This document shows, piece by piece, positions 1 through 8,497 of a DNA stretch of 32,377 bases (position 1 is the stretch's first letter; each line of letters begins with the position of its first letter). The notes under the pieces were generated by a model. That model searched no databases, was not told where the DNA came from, and saw only the letters and a list, made by a program, of their open reading frames with translations. The position numbers and the translations under genes were made by a program. The stretch covers positions 1 through 32,377 of the forward strand of contig CAXNGM010000001.1 of assembly GCA_964201695.1 (NCBI GenBank), given 5' to 3'. Origin of the DNA: Bacteroidia bacterium (GTDB taxonomy: Bacteria > Bacteroidota > Bacteroidia > M30B66).

Positions 1-1423
1 TTGATTGGTTGTAAGTTGATCCAGTTCCAGTTACTTCGTCTTCGGAAAGTACAATAGCAAGTTTGAAATTATTATCTGCGGCTGTTTGAAAATTTGCAGA
101 AACAGAAACATCTAAAACGCGTGTTGTTGCATCCCAATTTGCACCATTGGTAATGAATGCACTTGGAGCAATAAGAATGTTGTCTAAAAATGCAACTTCC
201 ATTTCGGATGGATCCATTTCAGTCCCTCTATCTACCAGCGCACTTGGATAACCGCTAACTGTTAAGGAAGCATCGTATTCTGTAACTGTCATTGGATCGC
301 CATTATGAACTGCAATTCCAGCCCAATGCCCAGGATATTTTGATTCCATCATATCCATAAAAACAGCACCACGAGGACACCATTGGCACCATGTTCCTGT
401 TCCTTCTTCGCCAACTACCATTTTACCAAGTGCTGGTGTAATCGCATTTATTACGGCGGAAGCTTGGTTATCGGCAGAGTCGCCATCAACAGTTCCGTTT
501 ACATTGCTTAGCGTTGCTGTCATGGTATTACTTCCTGCAACTAAAGACAAAGTGGAGGGCATCGAAAGGGTTGTTGTTGCTAGTGATGCGAGATTCAATC
601 CTGTGAAATCGTTCGAGATATTTGTACCGTTATAATCTACTGTTATAGTTGCAGATGTAATAACGTTAACTCCTAAATTACGAACAGTTACATTAGGTGT
701 AACAGCAGTTCCTACTAGATTTCCTTGGTTATATGCAACCAAATTAGCTGCTCCGTTTACCGTTGGCAATGTATAAGGTGTAACGGTGTATTGGAAATCA
801 TCAAAGAAATATCCGCAGCTGAAAGGTGTATTTTGATCTACTGGGAAAATATCGATAGAAGCAATTTGGTTTTCTGTATTTGCGAATGAACCAACAGAAA
901 CATCATCAATAAAAACTTCCCAAACGTTTGTATTGAAATTGATGTCCATTCTAAAATTAAACCATTGGTTTTGTGTGTACGTTGAAGTAAAATAAAGTCC
1001 CGTTTGGTTGAGTATAATTATGTCTCCATTATCGGCGAAGTTGCAGTCCATTGACCAAACATCACCAATTGTTGCATTTCGTTGAAGGTTAAAGTAAGCT
1101 GCTTTTCCAGTTTGTACTTTGATATTGAACTCCATCGAAATTTGTCCAGTGTTCAACACACCAAAATTATGAACCAAATCCGTTGGTCCGCCGCCCGAAA
1201 CAGTAGATGCAAAAAAAAGTGAATTGGCTCCAGATAATGCTTCTGCATTAGACACGAGAACATCTTCTGTTCCTCCAGGAGCATTACTCCAGGTTGTCCA
1301 AGCTCCTGCACTTTGCGGGCATAAATAAGAACCCGCAGTATACGAGTCAAAGTTGTCGGAAAAAGTTTGCCCAAATGCAATGCTGCTAGCAAAAATTCCA
1401 AATACGAGTATCAGTTTTTTCAT
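1..1423 (-). CDS. Secreted multidomain protein, C-terminus beyond the window; Omp28-related/thioredoxin-like region with a WCxxC motif
   Basis: Absent from the ORF track because no stop lies inside the window. My reverse-complement translation from ATG 1423-1421 reads MKKLILVFGIFASSIAFGQTFSDNFDSYTAGSYLCPQSAGAWTTWSNAPGG... It stays open, with no stop, down to position 1 (...LAIVLSEDEVTGTGSTYNQS). The N-terminus is signal-peptide-like. EEGTGTWCQWCPRG lies in frame at about 409-368. Confidence 0.8.
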   Translation of the reverse strand, partial: MKKLILVFGIFASSIAFGQTFSDNFDSYTAGSYLCPQSAGAWTTWSNAPGGTEDVLVSNAEALSGANSLFFASTVSGGGPTDLVHNFGVLNTGQISMEFNIKVQTGKAAYFNLQRNATIGDVWSMDCNFADNGDIIILNQTGLYFTSTYTQNQWFNFRMDINFNTNVWEVFIDDVSVGSFANTENQIASIDIFPVDQNTPFSCGYFFDDFQYTVTPYTLPTVNGAANLVAYNQGNLVGTAVTPNVTVRNLGVNVITSATITVDYNGTNISNDFTGLNLASLATTTLSMPSTLSLVAGSNTMTATLSNVNGTVDGDSADNQASAVINAITPALGKMVVGEEGTGTWCQWCPRGAVFMDMMESKYPGHWAGIAVHNGDPMTVTEYDASLTVSGYPSALVDRGTEMDPSEMEVAFLDNILIAPSAFITNGANWDATTRVLDVSVSANFQTAADNNFKLAIVLSEDEVTGTGSTYNQS

Positions 1424-1521
1424 AGGTTTTTTTATAAATCAGTGCAAATTAAAATTCTTAATCGAGAAAAAAGCATTTTTGTAAAAAATTTCTATTTATT
1501 AAAATCATCGATCGAAATATT

Positions 1522-3252
1522 TTAACACTTCATGTCTTTTACCATAAGCTGGAGTGTCATCTTATTATTCCAATGGTTTTCATCCAACGTATAACAAACA
1601 TCAACAGGTATTCCTTTCGAAATGGGCAAAAGCATATCGGCCCTCCCAAAAGCAATGGCATCAATATAGGGTTGATTTGGCTTGCCAAGCCTTACTTTTA
1701 AATGTGTAGCGCCCACAATTTTGCCATTTCCATCATCACTTAGTTGTTTGGTCATAAAAACAGGCGCCATGTTTCCTGGACCGAATGGAGCAAATTGTTT
1801 TAGAATTCGATAAAATTTAGGGGTAATATCACTCAATTCAATTTCCATATCAATCTCCACTTCCGGAGTTAACGACTCTTCCTTGATGGTTTTTGAAACA
1901 ATCTCTTCAAACCGTTTTTGAAATGCCTCAACATTTTCCAAAGGCATCGTCATACCTGCTGCAAACATATGCCCCCCAAACTGTTCTAGTAAATCGGAGC
2001 AACTTACTAATGCTTCGTGAACATCAAATCCTTTTACTGAACGCGCACTTCCCGTTGCTTTTCCATTCGATTCGGTGAGAATAATAGTTGGGCGATAGTA
2101 TTTTTCCATCACCCGGGAGGCAACAATCCCAACAACTCCTTTGTGCCATTCTTTTTTAAATAATACAGTCGATTTTGCATTCCGCAATGCCGCATTCGAT
2201 TCAAAAAAAGCAAGCGCTTCGGAAGACATTTGTTGATCGAGGTCCTTGCGTCTGCTGTTTTGAGCATTAATCTGTAAGAGAATTTGTTCGGCTGTTGCAG
2301 TGTCTTCGGTAATAAGAAGTTCCACCGCTTTTTTACCATGTTCAATTCTTCCTGCCGCATTAATTTTAGGTGCAGCCGAAAAAACAAGATCTGAAATACT
2401 AAATTCCTTATCTGGATTTTTTTTGGAGCCCTCTTTGCCACTGCTTAATAACATGCGAATTCCTGGACGAGGATTGGTGTTGATTTGATGCATTCCGAAA
2501 TATGCAAGAATTCTGTTTTCTCCCACAATAGGAACAATATCGGCTGCAATGGATGTTGCAACCAAATCGAGCCATTGTTCTGAAATATCCCCATTGGGAA
2601 TCGATTGTTTCAGGGCTTGAATGAGTTTAAATCCTACGCCACAACCAGAAAGTTCTTTAAATGGGTAGGAACAATCGCTTCGTTTAGGGTCGAGAACTGC
2701 AACGGCTTCCGGGATTGTGTCTCCAGGAATATGATGGTCGCAAATGATAAAATCTATTTTTTTACTCGATGCATATTCAACTTTATCGATAGATCGAATG
2801 CCACAGTCGAGCGCAATAATAAGTTTGCAATTCAATTCTTCTGCCTTATCAATTCCCAAAAATGAAATTCCGTATCCTTCTATTCGTCGATCGGGAATGT
2901 AGAAATGGATCTTTTCAGGACAAATATTTCGGAAGTATGAATACATCAAAGCAACAGCCGTTGTTCCATCCACATCGTAATCGCCATAAATAAGAATGTT
3001 TTCTTGCTCTTCAAGAGCTGCTTCAATTCGTGCAACGGCCTTGTCCATATCCTTCATTAAAAATGGATCGTGCAATTCGCTTAACGATGGACGAAAAAAC
3101 CGCTTTGCCTCATCGAAATTCTCAATGCCTCTTTGCAGTAACATTTTCGATAAGCGAGGATCGATATTCAATTGTTCAGCAAGTGTTGCCACTGAAGCAC
3201 CATCAACATCAGGTAAAATTACCCAGCGTTTCGTGCTGTATTGGTTTGACAT
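1522..3252 (-). CDS. recJ: Single-stranded-DNA-specific exonuclease RecJ
   Basis: 576-aa ORF with DHH-family motifs in the expected order: GDYDVDGTT, ALDCG, ICDHH, and GGHMFAAG in the DHHA1 part. Length is typical of RecJ. Confidence 0.95.
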   Translation of the reverse strand: MSNQYSTKRWVILPDVDGASVATLAEQLNIDPRLSKMLLQRGIENFDEAKRFFRPSLSELHDPFLMKDMDKAVARIEAALEEQENILIYGDYDVDGTTAVALMYSYFRNICPEKIHFYIPDRRIEGYGISFLGIDKAEELNCKLIIALDCGIRSIDKVEYASSKKIDFIICDHHIPGDTIPEAVAVLDPKRSDCSYPFKELSGCGVGFKLIQALKQSIPNGDISEQWLDLVATSIAADIVPIVGENRILAYFGMHQINTNPRPGIRMLLSSGKEGSKKNPDKEFSISDLVFSAAPKINAAGRIEHGKKAVELLITEDTATAEQILLQINAQNSRRKDLDQQMSSEALAFFESNAALRNAKSTVLFKKEWHKGVVGIVASRVMEKYYRPTIILTESNGKATGSARSVKGFDVHEALVSCSDLLEQFGGHMFAAGMTMPLENVEAFQKRFEEIVSKTIKEESLTPEVEIDMEIELSDITPKFYRILKQFAPFGPGNMAPVFMTKQLSDDGNGKIVGATHLKVRLGKPNQPYIDAIAFGRADMLLPISKGIPVDVCYTLDENHWNNKMTLQLMVKDMKC

Positions 3253-3307
3253 TTAATTGTATTTATTGAAATGTAAAATAAAATCGAGCGGAAGAGTTGA
3301 GAATTAT

Positions 3308-3315
3308 CAAATTTA
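3308..3315 (-). promoter_or_regulatory. Candidate Bacteroidota -7 promoter box (TAAATTTG on the minus strand) upstream of recJ
   Basis: Exact TAnnTTTG match read on the minus strand, 55 nt upstream of the recJ ATG (3252). The motif is short and also expected by chance in AT-rich DNA. Confidence 0.25.
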
Positions 3316-3469
3316 AGAGGGATTTAATCATCAAACAGGTGTTAATTTAAATTCAACAAGGAAACTTATACACCAACATGTTCAAAAAATAGCGGGTAAT
3401 TTTATTTCTAATTAGGATGTTTTTTAAAATCCAACAAACATTTTCAATTAGATTGAGTTGTTTTGTAGC

Positions 3470-4942
3470 ATGAAATCTAATTCAGTTATCGTTATCGGAT
3501 CTGGCATTGCAGGAATAGCATCTTCGATTCGCTTAGCATGCAAAGGCTATGATGTAACGGTGATTGAAAAGAATTCTTATCCCGGAGGAAAACTAACTGA
3601 ATTTAAGCAATCTGGTTTTCGTTTCGATGCTGGTCCTTCCTTGTTTACTCTGCCAAAACAAGTAGATGAGCTTTTTGAACTTGCAGGTGAAAATCCGCGA
3701 GATCATTTTAACTACGATCAATTGCCTGTTGTTTGCCATTATTTTTGGGACGATGGTACTTTTTTGGAAGCATCTGGAAACGAAATTGAATTTGCGAAAA
3801 AGGTTGAAAGGGTTCTGAATGTTCCTGCTAATCGAGTTACCGATTATCTTAAAAAAGCCCAATTTATATACGAAACCACGGCTCCCGTTTTTCTTCATCG
3901 TTCATTACATAAATGGAGAAATTTCCTTAATTCCGAAACGTTGAAAGGTATTTTAGCCAGTCCTCGTTTGGGCATTTTTTCAAACTTACATCACCAAAAT
4001 GTCTTGCAATTAGGAGATCCTAAATTGGTTCAATTGTTTAACCGATATGCAACTTATAACGGCTCAGATCCTTACCAAGCACCGGCTGTTTTGCAAAGTA
4101 TTTCGCACCTCGAATTTGGAAAAGGAGCTTGGTTTCCAAAAGGAGGAATGTCGAGTATTACCAATTCACTTGTGGCTTTGGCAAAACGCAAAGGCGTGAA
4201 GTTTCTTTTGAATGAAGAAGTGGAAGAAATTCGTACGGAAGGGAAACGTGTTATTGGAGTAAAAACGAATCAAATTCAATACGCAGCAAATTGGGTTGTT
4301 TGCAATAGCGACGTTGTTCCAGCTTATCGAAAGTTATTACTGAAACATTCTGCTCCCGAAAAAATTCTTAGTCAACCGAGATCGAGTTCTGCACTTATTT
4401 TTTATTGGGGAATCAGTAGTGTTTTTAAGGAATTGAACATGCATAACATTTTCTTTTCGAACGATTATCAAGAAGAATTCAAATTTATTTTTGACGGGGA
4501 CAAGATTTCGAATGACCCAACGATTTATGTAAACATCACTTCCCAAATTCAAAAAGAGGATGCACCTGAGGGTTGCCAAAATTGGTTTGTGATGATAAAT
4601 GTACCCGGTAATAAAGGACAAGATTGGGATGCCTTGATAGAGCAAGCTCGGAAAGACATTCTTCAGAAGCTAAGTTTCAGATTGGGTCGAAACATTGAAG
4701 AATTGATTCTGAATGAATCGGTGTTGGACCCAAGAAGCATAGAATCGAAAACCTCTTCGTTCCAGGGTTCTTTGTATGGAAGTAGTTCCAATAATCGGTA
4801 TGCTGCATTTTTACGCCACGCTAATTTTTCCTCACACATTACAAATCTCTATTTTTGCGGTGGAAGTGTTCATCCTGGCGGCGGCATTCCACTTTGTTTG
4901 CAGTCTGCAAGAATTGTTGCCGACCTTATTCCAAAAGCATGA
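3470..4942 (+). CDS. crtD: Phytoene desaturase family FAD oxidoreductase, CrtD-like (probable 1-hydroxycarotenoid 3,4-desaturase)
   Basis: N-terminal Rossmann motif VIVIGSGIAGIASSIRLACKGYDVTVIEKNSYPGGK and a C-terminal FCGGSVHPGGGIP motif typical of the CrtI/CrtD family. The track start 3458 is TTG, and I prefer ATG 3470 (MKSNSVIV...). The CrtD rather than CrtI assignment rests on the adjacent CruF-like gene and is an inference. Confidence 0.85.
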   Translation: MKSNSVIVIGSGIAGIASSIRLACKGYDVTVIEKNSYPGGKLTEFKQSGFRFDAGPSLFTLPKQVDELFELAGENPRDHFNYDQLPVVCHYFWDDGTFLEASGNEIEFAKKVERVLNVPANRVTDYLKKAQFIYETTAPVFLHRSLHKWRNFLNSETLKGILASPRLGIFSNLHHQNVLQLGDPKLVQLFNRYATYNGSDPYQAPAVLQSISHLEFGKGAWFPKGGMSSITNSLVALAKRKGVKFLLNEEVEEIRTEGKRVIGVKTNQIQYAANWVVCNSDVVPAYRKLLLKHSAPEKILSQPRSSSALIFYWGISSVFKELNMHNIFFSNDYQEEFKFIFDGDKISNDPTIYVNITSQIQKEDAPEGCQNWFVMINVPGNKGQDWDALIEQARKDILQKLSFRLGRNIEELILNESVLDPRSIESKTSSFQGSLYGSSSNNRYAAFLRHANFSSHITNLYFCGGSVHPGGGIPLCLQSARIVADLIPKA

Positions 4943-5586
4943 GCCCATTTGCTAAAAAAATCCCTTTCTTAACCAGTCCAATGCATGGAGCGTATGTGCT
5001 TTTGCTTTTCTATTCAGTTGGAATTATCGGGTTAATTTCGAGTTATAGCAATACGTTTCGATTATTAACGCCCTTTAATTTACTGCTTTCGGCATTTATT
5101 TTAATTGCTTTCCACAACAAATACGACTGGAAATTCTGGGGGCTTTTGCTGATTTGTTTCACAACTGGATTTGGTGTGGAATGGATTGGGATTCACACTG
5201 CTTTAATTTTTGGGCATTACAGTTATGGAGAAACTTTGGGTTTTAAATATGAAGATGTTCCCATTATCATTGGACTCAATTGGTATCTTTTAGCCTATAT
5301 CTCAACCGACTTAAGTGCTAGAACCAAGTTTCCATTGTATGTGAAAGTGATCTTGGGCGCGCTTTTCATGACGGCAATCGATTACCTAATCGAACCCATC
5401 GCCATTCGTTTTGGATTTTGGTTTTGGCATTCAGGACAAATTCCATTAAGCAATTATGCAGGTTGGTTTCTGGTATCACTTCCTTTGCAGTGGTTTGCGC
5501 ATCGATTTTATTCTGGAAACAATCCCGTAGCTTTGTGGTTATTACTAGCTATGACATTCTTTTTTCTGACTTTGCATTTTATATAA
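4939..5586 (+). CDS. Carotenoid biosynthesis membrane protein, CruF-like (putative carotenoid 1',2'-hydratase family)
   Basis: About 215 aa, polytopic and hydrophobic. Its ATG 4939-4941 overlaps the TGA 4940-4942 of the upstream gene (ATGA). Size, topology, the IEPIAIRFGFWFW segment and its position between crtD and crtZ fit the Pfam carotenoid biosynthesis protein family. The track's 5' extension to 4855 lies inside crtD. Confidence 0.65.
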   Translation: MSPFAKKIPFLTSPMHGAYVLLLFYSVGIIGLISSYSNTFRLLTPFNLLLSAFILIAFHNKYDWKFWGLLLICFTTGFGVEWIGIHTALIFGHYSYGETLGFKYEDVPIIIGLNWYLLAYISTDLSARTKFPLYVKVILGALFMTAIDYLIEPIAIRFGFWFWHSGQIPLSNYAGWFLVSLPLQWFAHRFYSGNNPVALWLLLAMTFFFLTLHFI

Positions 5587-5587
5587 T

Positions 5588-6052
5588 ATGACTTGGCTTC
5601 TTAATACCGGCATTGTCATTGCCACCTTTTTTTTCATGGAGTTTATGGCTTGGGCCACGCATAAATTTGTGATGCATGGATTTTTATGGATATTACATCG
5701 CGACCATCATGAGCCGCATTCCAATATTTTTGAACGAAACGACGCATTCTTCCTCATATTCGCAATCCCAAGTTGGTTGTGTATTATGTTTGGGATGATG
5801 CATGGAAATGATTTCAAATTGTATATTGGGATTGGCATTTTAGTTTATGGTTTAGCGTATTTCCTTGTTCATGAAGTTTTTATTCATCAACGATTAAATT
5901 GGTTCAAACGAAGTGATAATCGCTACTTAAGGGCCATTCGAAAAGCTCATAAAGTGCATCACAAAAATCTTGGTAAAGAGCATGCCGAATCATTTGGAAT
6001 GCTTGTGGTTGCTCGTAAATTCTTCAAAGAACAACAAGGTGTTTCCCGATAA
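5588..6052 (+). CDS. crtZ: Beta-carotene 3-hydroxylase (fatty acid hydroxylase superfamily)
   Basis: 154 aa with histidine boxes HRDHH, VHEVFIHQR and HKVHH. Size and hydrophobic profile are typical of CrtZ. It starts 1 nt after the upstream stop. Confidence 0.88.
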   Translation: MTWLLNTGIVIATFFFMEFMAWATHKFVMHGFLWILHRDHHEPHSNIFERNDAFFLIFAIPSWLCIMFGMMHGNDFKLYIGIGILVYGLAYFLVHEVFIHQRLNWFKRSDNRYLRAIRKAHKVHHKNLGKEHAESFGMLVVARKFFKEQQGVSR

Positions 6053-6755
6053 ATTTCTTTATCTGATTTTGATGCTAGCAAGTTTAGCGTATCCCTTGGC
6101 TCAAAGCTTCGAGAAAAAGATTGCGCTCTGGAAAAAGTGGAAACACATGTTTCCTGCAATGCTTATTACGGCAGGATTTTTCCTTATTTGGGATGAATTT
6201 TTTACACGAATCGGGGTGTGGAGCTTTAGTGAGAAATACACACTAGGTTTCAATATCGGAAGTTTACCTATCGAAGAATGGCTCTTTTTTCTGATTGTAC
6301 CTTATTGCTGCTTCTTTGTTTATTTCGTCTCCATTTATTTTATTAAGCGGGATGTTCTTGCTCAATATCAGCGAGTTATTTCACTCGTATTTATAATAAT
6401 TCTTCTTATAGCTGCAGTTTTATATTACAACCATTGGTATACTGCATTTACATGTTCTGCATCAGCAATTTTACTTATTTACTTAACCTTTATTAAACGC
6501 GCAATTTACCTCGGAAGGTTTTTTATTGGGTATGGAATCAGTTTAGTTCCTTTCCTGATTGTAAATGGCGTTTTAACTTCGAAACCTGTTGTTATGTATA
6601 ATGATGCAGAGAATTCTGGTTTCCGAATTTTTATTGATGGAATTGCAAATATTCCGGTAGATGATTTAGCTTATTGCTTGTTATTATTGCTCATGAATGT
6701 GTCTTTGTATGAGACGTTTGCCTCGCGCAATAAACGAGACTTTGAACTCCGTTGA
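6039..6755 (+). CDS. Lycopene cyclase domain-containing protein (fused CrtYc/CrtYd type)
   Basis: Polytopic protein of about 230 aa beginning ...KFLYLILMLASLAYPLAQSFEKK, with a second similar half, as in fused heterodimeric-type cyclases. The start is uncertain: GTG 6039 (14-nt overlap with crtZ) or ATG 6072. The track start 5970 lies deep inside crtZ. Confidence 0.8.
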   Translation: MFPDKFLYLILMLASLAYPLAQSFEKKIALWKKWKHMFPAMLITAGFFLIWDEFFTRIGVWSFSEKYTLGFNIGSLPIEEWLFFLIVPYCCFFVYFVSIYFIKRDVLAQYQRVISLVFIIILLIAAVLYYNHWYTAFTCSASAILLIYLTFIKRAIYLGRFFIGYGISLVPFLIVNGVLTSKPVVMYNDAENSGFRIFIDGIANIPVDDLAYCLLLLLMNVSLYETFASRNKRDFELR

Positions 6756-6776
6756 TTGATTAATAAAAAAATCTGC

Positions 6777-6784
6777 TATTTTTG
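6777..6784 (+). promoter_or_regulatory. Candidate -7 promoter box TATTTTTG upstream of the lipoprotein gene
   Basis: Exact TAnnTTTG match, 20 nt upstream of ATG 6805, in the 49-nt gap after the cyclase gene. Confidence 0.3.
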
Positions 6785-6804
6785 GAAATTCAATCCGAAT
6801 AATC

Positions 6805-7368
6805 ATGCGCATCCTTCCCTATTTTTTGGCAATTTTAATTGCAATGTCTGCTTTTTCATGTAAAAAACTTGATGAGTTGGTTAGTTTCAATATTGTTACT
6901 CACGACAAAGTTTTTTTTGAAATGGTTTACGACACCGTTTTAACAGATACTTTTCCTGGAAATGAAACATTCTCCATTGTGAGTGAGGGCTACCAGTTCA
7001 GTGATTTAGATAAATTCAAAACCAACAAATCAACGCCCCAAACAGTTGAATCGGTTCAGGCAATCAATCTTATTATGGCAATCGATTCTGGAGCATCGAA
7101 CTTCGGTTTTGCATCCAATTTGACCATTTATGTTTCATCGCCAAGTAATCAGTTTCAAGAGTTTGAAATTGCAAATATCCCAAGTCCGGCATCTACTGGA
7201 AATGTAATTCAAGTAGAAATGAGTGCCGATGACGATTCTTGGCTCAAAGCTATAAATAAAGATAAATACCGCTTTCGCTCAGAATTTACGCTGATTAATC
7301 CTATGCCCGATTCCATTTATTTGGACTACAGTATGGATTTCCGATTGAAAGCAATGCCAAACGAGTAA
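6805..7368 (+). CDS. Hypothetical lipoprotein
   Basis: The N-terminus MRILPYFLAILIAMSAFSCKKLDE has a hydrophobic stretch ending in Cys, as in lipoprotein signal peptides. I recognise no family. Confidence 0.7.
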   Translation: MRILPYFLAILIAMSAFSCKKLDELVSFNIVTHDKVFFEMVYDTVLTDTFPGNETFSIVSEGYQFSDLDKFKTNKSTPQTVESVQAINLIMAIDSGASNFGFASNLTIYVSSPSNQFQEFEIANIPSPASTGNVIQVEMSADDDSWLKAINKDKYRFRSEFTLINPMPDSIYLDYSMDFRLKAMPNE

Positions 7369-8358
7369 GTGCTTTTTGTGGATTTAGCAAACCCTTCCTT
7401 GGTTTCCATCATTGTACCTTGTTATAATTATGGGCATCTTCTTGGCGAAACACTTACTAACATCTTAGAACAATCATACGCAAATTGGGAATGCATTATT
7501 GTAGATGATGGTTCTACTGATAATACATCAATTGTTGCGAATGAATTCGTTAAAAACCACAAACAATTTAGCTACGTATTTCAGAAAAATGCAGGACTAT
7601 CCGCTGCTCGAAATACCGGTCTTCATCATTCAAAAGGAAGTTTTATTCAGCTTTTAGATGCTGATGATTTTATAGAATCGAACAAGCTTCTTGCTCAAAT
7701 CAATGTATTTACTGAGTATCCTATTTCGGACATAGTATATTCTGAAGTTCGCTATTTTAGTTCTGAACAACATTCATTAAGGCGATTTTCAATGAATGAA
7801 ATCGATAATCCTTGGATGCCGAAAGTTGATTCAAGTAACCAACAACTCTTAATGAGTTCGTTGATTGATTTAAATATTTGTGTAGTAAATGCGCCCTTAA
7901 TTCGTAAAAGTGTGTTTGATAGAATTGGACTTTTTAATACGAAACTAATTGCAGTAGAAGATTGGGAATTTTGGTGTCGTTGCGCATTTCAAGAAGTTAA
8001 TTTCCGATTTGATAATTCCCAAGGAACACAAGCGCTTGTTCGGTTTCATGAAGGAAGTATGAGTAAGAACATAAAAAGAATGTATGAGGCAGCTAGTGTT
8101 GCTCGTAAAACGATTGAACATCTAATTCAAAAAATGAATTCGCATGATGATACCTCTCAATTATTTATAAGGAATCGGCAAGAAAGAATATTCTTACACA
8201 AAAGTCTTTTTGAAATTTACAGAGATGAAAAAGATTTTAAAAACGCACTAACGCATTTGTATCATTTTGGATTAATTTCAAATCAAAAGCGTTATGTAAT
8301 CAAAGAAGCGTTTCATATTTTAAAATTGAGATTAAATGTTGCATCCTCAAAAGGGTAA
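7369..8358 (+). CDS. Glycosyltransferase family 2
   Basis: GT-A signature VSIIVPCYNYGHLLGETLTNILEQSYANWECIIVDDGSTDNT followed by LLDADD. GTG 7369 directly follows the upstream TAA (7366-7368). GTG 7378 is an alternative start. Confidence 0.85.
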   Translation: MLFVDLANPSLVSIIVPCYNYGHLLGETLTNILEQSYANWECIIVDDGSTDNTSIVANEFVKNHKQFSYVFQKNAGLSAARNTGLHHSKGSFIQLLDADDFIESNKLLAQINVFTEYPISDIVYSEVRYFSSEQHSLRRFSMNEIDNPWMPKVDSSNQQLLMSSLIDLNICVVNAPLIRKSVFDRIGLFNTKLIAVEDWEFWCRCAFQEVNFRFDNSQGTQALVRFHEGSMSKNIKRMYEAASVARKTIEHLIQKMNSHDDTSQLFIRNRQERIFLHKSLFEIYRDEKDFKNALTHLYHFGLISNQKRYVIKEAFHILKLRLNVASSKG

Positions 8359-8459
8359 TTTTTAACTAAGCATGCCAAATCTCATTCATTTTGTATGGAC
8401 CTAAAATGAGTAAATACAAACTCTATCAAAAAAATGAGGTCTTATTTCAAGTAAATTGA

Positions 8460-8467
8460 TAATTTTG
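8460..8467 (+). promoter_or_regulatory. Candidate -7 promoter box TAATTTTG upstream of the T9SS cargo gene
   Basis: Exact TAnnTTTG match, 30 nt upstream of ATG 8498. Confidence 0.3.
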
Positions 8468-8497
8468 CTATCCTTATTAGAAGAAATTCACAAACAC

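Noticed and set aside
1153-1401. 82-aa minus-strand ORF from the track
   Set aside because: It is out of frame within the 474-codon open frame (1-1423, minus) that has a signal peptide and a coherent domain-like sequence. It is a frame-shifted shadow.
1893-3269. Six short ORFs from the track inside or antisense to recJ (1893-2078+, 2109-2441-, 2300-2488+, 2605-2865+, 2996-3256+, 3030-3269+)
   Set aside because: All lie within the 576-aa recJ ORF, which has clear DHH-family motifs. Their translations are low-complexity with no motifs, so they are shadow ORFs.
3341-3357. Imperfect palindrome gttaatttaaattcaac in the recJ/crtD divergent region, as a possible operator (for example for a light-responsive regulator)
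   Set aside because: It is AT-only, imperfect (one extra base breaks the symmetry) and short, so it is expected by chance in a 217-nt AT-rich spacer. No regulator gene is nearby.
5627-5636. Homopolymer tracts inside coding regions (T8 in crtZ near 5629-5636, A8 at 1211-1218) as phase-variation switches
   Set aside because: Runs of 8 are common in low-GC genomes. They encode Phe-Phe-Phe/Leu-Phe-Phe in hydrophobic segments, and there is no evidence of frameshifted copies.
8378-8415. Possible hairpin ctcatt...aatgag after the GT2 gene, as a terminator
   Set aside because: Only about 6 bp pair cleanly, with a long loop and no following T-run. It is too weak to call.
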